This document shows positions 47,116-55,507 of a DNA stretch of 64,000 bases, one piece after another. The stretch spans positions 148,737 through 212,736 of the forward strand of contig CAWACT010000001.1 of the NCBI GenBank assembly GCA_963780745.1. Direction: 5' to 3'. The notes under the pieces are model-generated. The model saw only the letters and a list, made by a program, of their open reading frames with translations. It searched no databases and was not told where the DNA came from. Position numbers and translations under genes: made by a program. Numbering within the stretch: position 1 is the stretch's first letter; each line of letters starts with the position of its first letter. This stretch comes from an uncultured Actinomycetes bacterium (lineage in GTDB: Bacteria; Actinomycetota; Acidimicrobiia; Spongiisociales; DATADW01).

Positions 47116-47604
47116 ATGAGATCGAAATGGGCCGTGGCCGTAGTCGTCGGCGTCCTCGCAATCGCCGTGACCGCGGCAAGCGTGTTGGCAACCCCCGGAT
47201 CGGGGTTCACGCCCGTTCAGCAGTGGAAGGGCGTCTTCGACGAGATCGACGTGACAGCGAAGGCCGATGGCTACAAAGCGAAGCTCGAGACGAAGGGCAC
47301 GTCGGACGTGTGGGTCACGCGAAACGCGATCGATCCCGGCGGGCAGAGCGGGTGGCATACGCATCCGGGCCCGAGCCTGATCACTGTGACCGTTGGAGAA
47401 GTCACGGCCTACGACAGCGACGACCCCACCTGCACGGGAACGGTCTACAAGGCGGGCGAGGGCTTCGTCGATCCGGGCAGTGGCCACGTCCACCTGCTGC
47501 GCAACGAGACTGACGACCCCGCAGAGACGGTCGCCGTCCAGATCTTGCCGAAGGATGCGGCGAGGCGAATCGACGCACCGGCTCCCGGAAACTGCCCCTT
47601 CTGA
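47116..47604 (+). CDS. secreted cupin-domain protein
   Basis: ATG 47116 after AGGAGGAG. Signal peptide MRSKWAVAVVVGVLAIAVTAASVLA. Cupin motifs: GGQSGWHTHPGPSLITV and ..GHVHLLRNE... Confidence 0.7.
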   Translation: MRSKWAVAVVVGVLAIAVTAASVLATPGSGFTPVQQWKGVFDEIDVTAKADGYKAKLETKGTSDVWVTRNAIDPGGQSGWHTHPGPSLITVTVGEVTAYDSDDPTCTGTVYKAGEGFVDPGSGHVHLLRNETDDPAETVAVQILPKDAARRIDAPAPGNCPF

Positions 47605-47870
47605 GAGTGCGAGCGGGTTCTCGGCTCGGATCGAGCACCAGCTCGGAGATCGGGCCCGTCGGGGAAGTGGTCCCGACTGACGGCTTGACGGTATCGCTAC
47701 GACCCTGGGAGGAACATCGATCGTTCGGGCTGGCATTCGGAAGGCGCGTAGGCCCGCCTACGACAGTGAATCGTCCCTGCCGACGAGCTCCGAACTGAGA
47801 CAACCTACAACTGACCCCCCGGGGTAAGTTCGGTGACGAGCGGCGGTGGGCATCGGGGCCGTACACGGAC

Positions 47871-48057
47871 TCGTCTGCTCTTGCTGAACGTTTTCCTGCT
47901 TGTCGGGGTTTATTGGGTAACGCCTCGGGAGGGTGATGGAGGACCTGGCGGCGAGCGCCGATGTGGCGCGGCTGACCCAGACCAACTTCGCCGATTTCTA
48001 TCGGCATCGTCGGGAGCCGGTGTTTCGTGCCCTTGCTTTGACCTTGCGCAACGAGGA
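47871..48057 (+). repeat. 187-bp direct repeat, copy 2 (promoter + 5' end of the intact ECF sigma gene)
   Basis: See copy 1; 173/187 identical, ungapped. Confidence 0.9.
47885..47910 (+). promoter_or_regulatory. ECF-type promoter candidate TGAAC-N18-GTT (copy 2)
   Basis: TGAAC at 47885-89 and GTT at 47908-10, at the same position relative to the start codon as in copy 1. Confidence 0.45.
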
Positions 48058-48439
48058 CCTGGCCGCCGATGCGGTCGAGGAGGCGATGGCCCGGGCGTAT
48101 GAGAGGTGGCGTGCCGTATCGGGATATGTCAACCAGGAGGGCTGGATCTTCCGGGTCGGGCTCAATTGGGCGCGAACCCGGGCACGAAAGGTCAGACGTG
48201 AGGTGTCCACCGGGTCGCCACCGGAGGCTTCCCGGCCGGACAGTCTGCCCGACCCCGACCTGGCTAAGGCATTGGGTGCCCTGACTCTGGAAGCCCGGAC
48301 AGTTGTGGTGCTCCGTCACTACCTCGACATGAGCTACGACCAGATCGCGGCTGCGCTCGACATACCGCCGGGGACGGCCAAGAGCCGACTCCACTACGCC
48401 ATGCGGGAGTTGCGGCGATACCTCGAGGTCGAACCGTGA
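47936..48439 (+). CDS. ECF-type RNA polymerase sigma factor
   Basis: ORF 47933..48439 (ATG 47936). Region 2: ..EPVFRALALTLRNEDLAADAVEEAMARAYERW... Region 4: ..LTLEARTVVVLRHYLDMSYDQIAAALDIPPGTAKSRLHYAMREL... Confidence 0.85.
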   Translation: MEDLAASADVARLTQTNFADFYRHRREPVFRALALTLRNEDLAADAVEEAMARAYERWRAVSGYVNQEGWIFRVGLNWARTRARKVRREVSTGSPPEASRPDSLPDPDLAKALGALTLEARTVVVLRHYLDMSYDQIAAALDIPPGTAKSRLHYAMRELRRYLEVEP

Positions 48440-49239
48440 GCCTCGAAACCGAGCTAAGAGATCACCTGCGACGAGCCGCCGCAGAGATGACGGTGCGTGA
48501 ACCCGACTATGCCGGTGTCGTCTCCCGCGGTCGGTGGCGAAGGGCGATCAGGTACCTCGCCACCGCTGCCGTCGCGTCCATGGTGGTGGTCGTCGCTGTG
48601 GTGCTCGCCCCGAGCGTCGGCAGTGAACGGGCCGAGCAGACGACGTCGCCCACGCCGACCATCCAGCCGGCCAAACTCGACGAACAATATGGGGAATTGG
48701 TACCTGGGCCCTACGTGATCACGTCCGTCCCCCCCTTCAACATCACGATCACGGTGCCCGACGGCTGGGAGAGACTCCTAGTCCCGGCTGTGATTTGGGC
48801 GGCTCCCAACAACGCCACCAACCTGGGGTTCGGGACGCCAGACAACCTCTATGCCGACCCGTGCGCAATCGATCTCGGCATGCTCGACCCGCCCCCGGGT
48901 CCCAGTGTCGATGACCTCGTCGCCGCTTATGCCGCGCTCCCTGGAATGGAAGCCACCGTACCGCAAGAGGTGACGGTTGACGGCTATGACGCCAAGTACA
49001 TCGAACTCACCGGACCGGAAGGCCGGGATGAGTGCGTCGACGGAGAAGCATTCATCGGGCCCGCGCCCAACGGCGAGTCGGTGCCCGCTCCCGGTGCCGA
49101 CGCCCGAGATCGGTTGTGGATCGTTGACGTCGCCGGGAATCGTCTGGTAATCAGCTCGAACCTCCGTGACTACGCCTCGCCGGAACAAAACGCCGAGCTG
49201 GAACAGATCATCGAATCGATCCAGATCGAATTGCCCTGA
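48436..49239 (+). CDS. single-pass membrane protein downstream of the ECF sigma (possible anti-sigma/partner)
   Basis: GTG 48436 overlaps the sigma stop (GTGA). A short cytoplasmic segment is followed by a TM segment (YLATAAVASMVVVVAVVLAPS) and a ~200-aa extracytoplasmic domain. No family recognised. Confidence 0.6.
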   Translation: MSLETELRDHLRRAAAEMTVREPDYAGVVSRGRWRRAIRYLATAAVASMVVVVAVVLAPSVGSERAEQTTSPTPTIQPAKLDEQYGELVPGPYVITSVPPFNITITVPDGWERLLVPAVIWAAPNNATNLGFGTPDNLYADPCAIDLGMLDPPPGPSVDDLVAAYAALPGMEATVPQEVTVDGYDAKYIELTGPEGRDECVDGEAFIGPAPNGESVPAPGADARDRLWIVDVAGNRLVISSNLRDYASPEQNAELEQIIESIQIELP

Positions 49240-49241
49240 GC

Positions 49242-49266
49242 GTGCCCGCCAGCCCGAGGAGGGCAC
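49242..49266. terminator. hairpin GTGCCC-N13-GGGCAC, 3 nt after the stop at 49239
   Basis: 6-bp stem read directly; weak. Confidence 0.3.
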
Positions 49267-49371
49267 AGGCGCGAGCGGAGGCTGTCATTGCTAGGTCGGG
49301 GGATTAGAGGGGTTCGGTTTCGATAGTCCCGGCCTCGTGATTTCCAGCCAGGGCCGCGCCATGATGCGACG

Positions 49372-50043
49372 GTGAGGAGCGTAACCGGGCTCACCCTGCT
49401 GCTCGTGGCGGTGGCCACGGCGTGCTCGGGTGTGGCCGAGCCGGTAACGATGTCCGGACGAGCCGCACCGACCACGACGGTCCTCGATTCCTCGGGTTGT
49501 CCGGTGGCGGACGAGTCGTTCTGCGCGGTCGCCGCCGACGTGGGCAACGCCCTGGCCGCCGGAGACGTCGACCAGCTGCTCGCGCTTAGCCGGGTAGACA
49601 GGATCGTTTGTGCGGAGGTCGCCGTCGAGTACTTCCCGGGATGCACCACCGGAGGCGTCCTCGAGGGCCACGGGGTGAGCGACGCCAGCCAGCTCGTGGA
49701 GCTGGTCGGCGACACCGAGTATCGGGCCTCGCTGGAAGAGGAGATCGGCGCCCTCGACCCGACGTACTCAGACGAGCACGGGGCAGGTGTCGTGCGTCTG
49801 CTCGGGGTGGGAACGTGCGGGCCGGACCAGCCCGGCCGCCGCTCCTACCACGTGGCGTGGACCGCGGCCATGGACCTCGACGGAGGCACCAGGCGGGTAG
49901 TGGGCAGCTTCGAGCTCACGTTCCGGGACGACTGGCGGATCGCTTTGTCGTACCTCGACACCTTGGAACGGTGGGAGCAGGAGAACCAGGAACCGTTCAC
50001 CGATGCCTTCTGCGCAGCCGGTCGCAACCCCTGGGAAAGCTGA
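49372..50043 (+). CDS. hypothetical lipoprotein
   Basis: GTG 49372. Signal peptide with lipobox, MRSVTGLTLLLVAVATAC. The mature domain is Cys-rich. Confidence 0.6.
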   Translation: MRSVTGLTLLLVAVATACSGVAEPVTMSGRAAPTTTVLDSSGCPVADESFCAVAADVGNALAAGDVDQLLALSRVDRIVCAEVAVEYFPGCTTGGVLEGHGVSDASQLVELVGDTEYRASLEEEIGALDPTYSDEHGAGVVRLLGVGTCGPDQPGRRSYHVAWTAAMDLDGGTRRVVGSFELTFRDDWRIALSYLDTLERWEQENQEPFTDAFCAAGRNPWES

Positions 50044-50097
50044 AGCACACGACCGAGGTCGGCCCGGTGCGGGTGTGACAATGGAATGGATCGCCTA

Positions 50098-50140
50098 CGT
50101 TTCGCGAGTCTGGGCGCCGCAACCAGCGGCGTGCGAAACG
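50098..50140. terminator. compound hairpin (CGTTTCGC...GCGAAACG with inner CGCCGC-AACCA-GCGGCG) between convergent genes
   Basis: 8-bp outer and 6-bp inner stems read directly. It lies between the stops at 50043 (+) and 50156 (-). Confidence 0.45.
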
Positions 50141-50155
50141 AAGATGCCGGCGCGG

Positions 50156-51499
50156 TCACCGAGGTGGGCGATCGTCGCCTGAATCTGACCAGCCACGATC
50201 TCGCGTCGTGAGGCGCTTCAACCACGAGGCACGCCCGGCGAGGGACGCCGACGCTCCACCGACGACTCTCCGGGTGGCGACCGCCCCTGCCATGAGCAGC
50301 GAGCCGCAGAGGACACCGACGGCGACTGCAAAGATCGACACGATCGTCGCTACGAGGTCCTCGGTCCCCGCCGCCCGCACATCGCCGGCAAGCTGGGTGA
50401 GACCGATCAGCCCGAGAGCCCCCGGGACGAGCAGCCAGAATCCCGGGATGAACAGAGCGTGCGCGGGCATGGCCGATGGAAGTCGTGAGACCAAGACGGC
50501 AACAATCGTCATCACTATGGCGCCGATGAACGCACTGACGTATCCACCGAGAAGCGCGTTCCCCAACACTTGGCCGCCCCACGCCGCGTAGAGGACGATG
50601 AGCATGCCACCCAGCGACTTCGCCGGTGCGGAGTTGGCGACTGTCACACCGACCGCGAAGACGAGCACGCCGACCCACGGAGCCCAGTCGCCGATGGCCT
50701 CAGCCGAGCTCGTGAACACCTGCGCCGCGGGTATGCCGACGGCGTCGATACCGGCGAGTATGCCGAACGCGAGCAACGCCAGCTGCATGACCCCTGAGAC
50801 GAGTCGGCTCGACCCAGACACCATCTGTCCGGCCGCCAGCTCGAGCACCGCGGTCGTCAGCGCGGCGCCGGGCAAGAAAACCACCAGCGACGCGACCATG
50901 GCGTGCAGCCCCGAGTCGGCGAGACCGCTCTTTACCGCGATAGCGCCGAGCGCGGCGACGGTGAAGGCGGCGATGACCGGCATCAGGATCCGGAGCGGCG
51001 ACTGGCCCCGTCCGATGGTGAGCAGCAACCCCACCAGCGCGCCGAGCACCGCTGCCGCCGCCACCTCGCGGGCGGCGGGTTGCAGGATCAGACAGAGGCC
51101 CACAGTGAGCACCGAATAGCCGGCGATGCTCTGAAATCGCCCGAAACGAGGAGCCATTTCGCGGATCTCGTCGAGTATCCGGAGACCGTCGGCCGGCGGC
51201 ACGGCGCCTCGCTCCGCCTTCTCGAGCAGTCGGTCGACCGCGGCGATCTGGTCGAGCCGGGGCGGACCGGCAAGTGGAGCGGTGAGCTCGACGGTCGTCG
51301 GTTCGCCGCGCCCCATCGCGACCATCAGATACGTTGGGAACGCGGAAACGGTGGCGGCGTCGGCGCCATACGCCCGCGTCACGCGGGTGAGTCGCTCCTG
51401 CACCACGGTCACGGTCTCGCCGGTCGCGCTCACCGCCGCCCCGAGCTCGACGACAAAAGCCTGCAAGTCCCGCGTTTCGTCGCGTGCCGGCTCGGTCAC
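50156..51499 (-). CDS. threonine/serine exporter (ThrE) family membrane protein
   Basis: 447-aa intact ORF (GTG start). A soluble N-terminal ~120 aa (..ELGAAVSATGETVTVVQERLTRVTRAYG..) is followed by ~10 TM segments, the arrangement typical of DUF1212+DUF3815 ThrE-type proteins. Confidence 0.7.
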   Translation of the reverse strand: MTEPARDETRDLQAFVVELGAAVSATGETVTVVQERLTRVTRAYGADAATVSAFPTYLMVAMGRGEPTTVELTAPLAGPPRLDQIAAVDRLLEKAERGAVPPADGLRILDEIREMAPRFGRFQSIAGYSVLTVGLCLILQPAAREVAAAAVLGALVGLLLTIGRGQSPLRILMPVIAAFTVAALGAIAVKSGLADSGLHAMVASLVVFLPGAALTTAVLELAAGQMVSGSSRLVSGVMQLALLAFGILAGIDAVGIPAAQVFTSSAEAIGDWAPWVGVLVFAVGVTVANSAPAKSLGGMLIVLYAAWGGQVLGNALLGGYVSAFIGAIVMTIVAVLVSRLPSAMPAHALFIPGFWLLVPGALGLIGLTQLAGDVRAAGTEDLVATIVSIFAVAVGVLCGSLLMAGAVATRRVVGGASASLAGRASWLKRLTTRDRGWSDSGDDRPPR

Positions 51500-51588
51500 G
51501 TCAGCGAGCCCGGTCGCCTCTGATCATCGCGCCACTCGTGTCGGTGGGTACCTGTGCCGGAAGGAGCGCCTGAACGGTTGCCATGTTC

Positions 51589-51783
51589 TCAGTCTCGCTC
51601 GTGTCTGGGCCGGCCGCCAGGTTCGATCTCCTCACCGATCCAGTCGCCCTTGTCCAGCAATCGTCCTTGACAACGGCGTTCGATGAAGAGCGTTCTCGCC
51701 GGTCCCGCAGCCCGCATCGAGCACCGCCCCGCATCGAGCACCGCCCTGGCGGCGGGTCGAAGCTGGGCTAGGCGGGGGTGCAT
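51589..51783 (-). pseudogene. class I SAM-dependent methyltransferase remnant (motif I split by a 17-bp tandem duplication, then truncated)
   Basis: ATG 51783: MHPRLAQLRPAARAVLDAG|RCSMRAAG... Deleting one 17-bp unit gives ..AVLDAGCGTGENAL.., the GxGxG SAM-binding loop. Only ~60 codons remain. Confidence 0.5.
51712..51745. repeat. perfect 17-bp tandem duplication (ccgcatcgagcaccgcc x2)
   Basis: Read directly from the sequence. Confidence 0.9.
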
Positions 51784-51794
51784 CGGTCGCCCGG

Positions 51795-51829
51795 TTGACA
51801 AGGGGTGATATACAACCGTATGGTTGTAT
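51795..51829 (+). promoter_or_regulatory. TTGACA (-35) plus 20-bp palindrome ATACAACC-GTAT-GGTTGTAT immediately upstream of the ArsR start
   Basis: TTGACA at 51795-800. Perfect 8+8 inverted repeat at 51810-51829. TATGGT (51819-24) could serve as a -10, which would place the transcript start at or near ATG 51833 (leaderless). Confidence 0.55.
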
Positions 51830-51832
51830 TCA

Positions 51833-52169
51833 ATGCAGACCAAGCCGCTTCGGGTCGACCAGCTCTTCGGCGCCCTCGCCGATGCCACCCGCCGCGACAT
51901 CGTTCGCCGTGCGATCGACGAGCAGGAGGGGACTGCCGAACTGGCGAAGCCACTACCCGATGAGCTTCGCCGCGGTGCAGAAGCACGTAGCGATCCTGGA
52001 GCGGACCGGCCTGGTGACAAAGTCTCATCGGGCGCCGCAGGGTCGTCTGCACAATGTGGAAGGACTGCGCGTGGTTCGCCGCCCGCTCGACCAATACGGG
52101 GAGCTGTGGCGCGGTCAGGTTGACCGCATGACCAAGCTCGTCGCTGACACCAAGGAGACGGACCTATGA
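51833..52169 (+). pseudogene. ArsR/SmtB-family transcriptional regulator, one frame change
   Basis: MQTKPLRVDQLFGALADATRRDIVRRAIDEQEGTAELAK continues, after an extra C at ~51950 (AAGCCAC), as HYPMSFAAVQKHVAILERTGLVTKSH...LDQYGELWRGQVDRM.. (ORF 51795..52169). The stop overlaps the next start (ATGA). Confidence 0.75.
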
Positions 52170-52672
52170 CCGTAACCGCCGTCCGCAAGGACCCCGATAC
52201 CCTGACGATGACGCTGGACGCCGAGTTCGACGCCTCGCCGAAGCGGGTCTGGCAGCTGTGGGCTGACCCGCGCCAGCTAGAGCGCTGGTGGGGCCCGCCG
52301 ACCTACCCCGCCACCTTCACCAAGCACGACCTGACGCCCGGAAGTCGCGTCGAATATCACATGACCGGCCCCGAGGGAGACCAGCCGCGGGGGTGGTGGG
52401 AAGTCCTCGAGGCCGATGCGCCGCACCGGCTCGTCTTCCGCGACGGCTTCGCCAACGACGACGGCACGCCGAACGATGACCTTCCGGTGACCATCGGCCG
52501 GGTGACGATCGAGGAGATCGGCGAACAGCGGACGCGGATGTCCATCGAGAGCGTGTTCCCGAGCGTCGAGGCGATGGAACAGGTCCTGGCCATGGGTGCC
52601 GAAGAGGGCTTGAGTCAAGCGATCGGCCAGATCGACGCCATCCTCGCTGCGGATGCCCCTGGTCCAGCATGA
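52166..52672 (+). CDS. SRPBCC superfamily, AHSA1 (Aha1-like) domain protein
   Basis: 168-aa intact ORF with ..FDASPKRVWQLWADPRQLERWWGP... Confidence 0.8.
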   Translation: MTVTAVRKDPDTLTMTLDAEFDASPKRVWQLWADPRQLERWWGPPTYPATFTKHDLTPGSRVEYHMTGPEGDQPRGWWEVLEADAPHRLVFRDGFANDDGTPNDDLPVTIGRVTIEEIGEQRTRMSIESVFPSVEAMEQVLAMGAEEGLSQAIGQIDAILAADAPGPA

Positions 52673-52733
52673 CCGGCTTGCCGATGAGATCCACACGCAA
52701 CGTCTGTCCTTGACGAACACGGCTGCCGAGCTT

Positions 52734-52749
52734 CGAGGAGTGATCCTCG
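52734..52749. terminator. hairpin CGAGGA-GTGA-TCCTCG between convergent genes
   Basis: 6-bp stem with a GNRA-like loop, between the stops at 52672 (+) and 52779 (-). Confidence 0.4.
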
Positions 52750-52778
52750 GAACGGCATCGCATTGATCGCTTGACAGG

Positions 52779-54032
52779 TCAGTCGATTCGGTGAGCCTCG
52801 TGGAGACGAACCGTGCCCGACACGCCCTTCAGCTCGACGTCACCGACCTCGGAGAACGCCACCGGCGCTCCTTCGGCCGCTTCGACCACTTCCTGGCTCA
52901 CGAGAACTTCTCCTGGCCTGGCGTAGTCCGCGATCCGGGCGGCAACATTCACCGTGCGGCCGAAGTAGTCGCCGAGGTGGATGACGACAGGCCCGGCGTG
53001 GATTCCGACGTGGGCGGGCGGAAGGGCGTGCATCTCCATCGCTTCGCTCATGTCCAGGGCGGCGACGACACTGGCCCCAGGATCTGGGAAGAAGAACATC
53101 ACCCCGTCCCCCAGCCACTTCACCGGCTGCCCCCCGTGTTCCTGGGAGGCGCGCCTCACCAGGGTGGCGAGTCTCGCCGCGATATCGGCCGCCGCCTCGT
53201 CCCCTCGCTCTTCGGTGAGCCGCGTGTAGCCGGTTACGTCGAGGAAGCACACCGCGGGAGGACGATGCAATCGGGTATGGAGGCCGGCTCCTTCCAGGGC
53301 AGCCTCGACCTCCTCGACAAAGCTCGTGCTCCATGCGTGCTCCTGCTGACCGTGGTAGATGGCGAGTAGCGCCTGCTCGGTTAGGGGTGCCAGGCGGGAC
53401 CCGAGGTCGGCTTGTTCCGTCAGCACCTCGCCTTCATTCATGCCGGTGTCGAGGAGTGGCTGCACGACTTCGGTCCGATACCACTCGGTTTCGGTCTCGG
53501 CGATCCGGCGCAAGCTATCCCCACAGGCTCGGAGCCATCGCTCGATGACGACAGGCTCAAAGCCGACCGATAGCTGAAGCTCGATCACCGGAACCACCGA
53601 AAGCTCATCTTCGCGAACCGGATCTTCCGGTCGTGGCTCGGCGAAGCCGAGGGCCTCGCGGACCACTGTCAGGAGCTCGAGGGGGATGCCGGTCCGAGCG
53701 CTCAGATCGCGAAAGGTGGTGGAACTCAGCCCGCCAAATCGATCGAACGCATTCGCCTCCAGAAACGAGAACGAGAGGGCTCCGCGTCGCACCGCCGCCC
53801 CCATCCCGTCGAGCGGCACCCCGGCCAGCTCCAAGCCGTGCACCCAACGCACCTTCCGTGCATCAGCCGCTAACTGTCCCACTCCCCTGCCCGACCCCAG
53901 TATCCCGATCGCAACCAACCGGTCGACATACTCTGGTTCGACTCCGGCCCTTCGGGCCACCTGCTGGCGCCATTCCTCGACCACGGGAGGCCTGATCCTA
54001 GGTGCGAAGCCGGCACCAACACCCAAGCCCAC
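52779..54032 (-). CDS. class III adenylate cyclase with N-terminal helical regulatory domain (Rv1264-like architecture)
   Basis: 417-aa intact ORF. The C-terminal cyclase has VCFLDVTGYTRLTEERGD, KWLGDGVMFFFPDP and GIHAGPVVIHLGDYFGRTVNVAARI. The N-terminal ~200 aa are helical, with ..TGIPLELLTVVREALGF... Confidence 0.8.
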   Translation of the reverse strand: MGLGVGAGFAPRIRPPVVEEWRQQVARRAGVEPEYVDRLVAIGILGSGRGVGQLAADARKVRWVHGLELAGVPLDGMGAAVRRGALSFSFLEANAFDRFGGLSSTTFRDLSARTGIPLELLTVVREALGFAEPRPEDPVREDELSVVPVIELQLSVGFEPVVIERWLRACGDSLRRIAETETEWYRTEVVQPLLDTGMNEGEVLTEQADLGSRLAPLTEQALLAIYHGQQEHAWSTSFVEEVEAALEGAGLHTRLHRPPAVCFLDVTGYTRLTEERGDEAAADIAARLATLVRRASQEHGGQPVKWLGDGVMFFFPDPGASVVAALDMSEAMEMHALPPAHVGIHAGPVVIHLGDYFGRTVNVAARIADYARPGEVLVSQEVVEAAEGAPVAFSEVGDVELKGVSGTVRLHEAHRID

Positions 54033-54094
54033 GACTACGAATCGCGCCGCTCAGACCCCGGGTTGAGACCAGCCGGTTGTCGGTGCTCCGTGGG

Positions 54095-55384
54095 TTAGAG
54101 GACCCAGAGCGACCGGAACACGAACGAGGCCATCTGGTCGCGCTGGACCGCTTCGCTGGGACAGAACTCGGTTTCGGTGCATCCCTCGGTGATCCCGGCG
54201 GTGGCCAGGGCGTCAATGGCAGCCTCGTGGATGTTGCCGTCATCGTCGGTGAACAGGTCGTCGCCGGCGCCCTCGGTAAGGCCCAGAGCGCGGGCGAGGA
54301 AGGAGGCCATCTGGTCGCGCCGCACCGGATCGTTGGGACAGAACTCGGTAGTGGTGCACCCTTGAGTTATGCCCACTGCTGCGATGGCGTTGATGTCTTC
54401 CTCGAAGACGGACCCGGTGTCATCTGTGAAGAAGTCCTGGTCGGATTCGGGAAGGTTCAATCCTCTGCGAAGAAAGGCTGCCATTTGCCCGCGCCGGACG
54501 TCTTCCAGCGGGCAGAACAGGTTGTTGTCGGGAGGGTTGCAGCCCAGGGTGACGCCGTCGGCGGCGATCACCAGGATCGCCTCCCCATGTGGCGGAACCA
54601 GCTCGACATCGTCGAATCGCTCGACCACGACGGTCAGCTCAGGGGGGATCTGGCCGCGGATCTCCCCTGCCGGATAGGCCGTGGTGTGCACATTGAAGTA
54701 GGCCTCGCCGTCCTGGATGGCGTCGCCTACGTCAATGATGTCTTGCCAGCCGCATTCGTTGCCCGGGTCCGGTTCGATTTCGTTCGTGTCCACGAGGATT
54801 CCGTCGTGAGTCACGGGATCGCCACTGAAGAGTGTGACTCCCACAGGACCGTCTTCGCCCGCCCCGGCACAGTGGATGTGGGCAGCGACGATCTCCTCGA
54901 GGTTGTAGGTGATGACCCGCACTCCAATTGTCGTCTCGAGAAAGGTGACAGTGGCCACCCCGACGCCGTCGCTTTCGACCGCCTCGGTCTCCTGGCCGGG
55001 ATCCATCGGAGCTGAGTAGTAGGCGTTGGAACCCTCGCCCTGCATCGCCGCCGCCGGCAGCGGCGCGATCACCAGACAGAGCACCACGACTACGAGTGTC
55101 TTGCGCACGTCCTGTACCCCCATCTTCCCTGCGTCTCGTCCCGATAGTACGCGATCGAAGGCAGGGGTGAGTCCTGAACGAAGGGTGGCTTCCCGCCGGA
55201 GCAGTAGATCGTTCGCCGACGCAACCCTGCCCCGGCGCGACCTCATGAGGAGGCGGGTTCCCAACCAGGCGAGCACCGCGGCGACCACCAACCCGGCAAT
55301 GGCGATGGGGAGGGTCTGCCCAGCAACGGTGCCCGCGCCCTCGCTTGCTCTGTACTCCCCCACCGCCTGCACCACGAAGAGCAC
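54095..55384 (-). CDS. CHRD-domain protein with three C-terminal SLH-like repeats; start uncertain
   Basis: CHRD signatures AAHIHCAGAGEDGPVGVTLF and GEAYFNVHTTAYPAGEIRGQI. Repeats: ..FCPLEDVRRGQMAAFLRRGL / FTDDTGSVFEEDINAIAAVGITQGCTTTEFCPNDPVRRDQMASFLARAL / FTDDDGNIHEAAIDALATAGITEGCTETEFCPSEAVQRDQMASFVFRSL. The likely start is ATG 55123 (MGVQDVRKTLVVVVLCLVIAPLPAAA signal peptide). The ORF stays open upstream to GTG 55384 through a further hydrophobic segment. Confidence 0.7.
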   Translation of the reverse strand: MLFVVQAVGEYRASEGAGTVAGQTLPIAIAGLVVAAVLAWLGTRLLMRSRRGRVASANDLLLRREATLRSGLTPAFDRVLSGRDAGKMGVQDVRKTLVVVVLCLVIAPLPAAAMQGEGSNAYYSAPMDPGQETEAVESDGVGVATVTFLETTIGVRVITYNLEEIVAAHIHCAGAGEDGPVGVTLFSGDPVTHDGILVDTNEIEPDPGNECGWQDIIDVGDAIQDGEAYFNVHTTAYPAGEIRGQIPPELTVVVERFDDVELVPPHGEAILVIAADGVTLGCNPPDNNLFCPLEDVRRGQMAAFLRRGLNLPESDQDFFTDDTGSVFEEDINAIAAVGITQGCTTTEFCPNDPVRRDQMASFLARALGLTEGAGDDLFTDDDGNIHEAAIDALATAGITEGCTETEFCPSEAVQRDQMASFVFRSLWVL

Positions 55385-55507
55385 GCCGGCGATGGCGATA
55401 CCGGCGGCGAGGACGAAGCAGACGATGGCGCCAACGAAGCCGGTCCACGTGGCCTCGATTCCCTCTCAGTCTCTCTCCTTGTTCTCGGCGCCCTTGTCGA
55501 GTTGGCT

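Noticed and set aside
51501-51584. A 27-codon upstream ORF (MATVQALLPAQVPTDTSGAMIRGDRAR) ending 1 nt before the ThrE-family start, considered as a possible Thr/Ser-sensing leader peptide.
   Set aside because: It has no run of Thr/Ser codons, I could identify no terminator/antiterminator alternative, and short open frames are expected by chance in GC-rich DNA.
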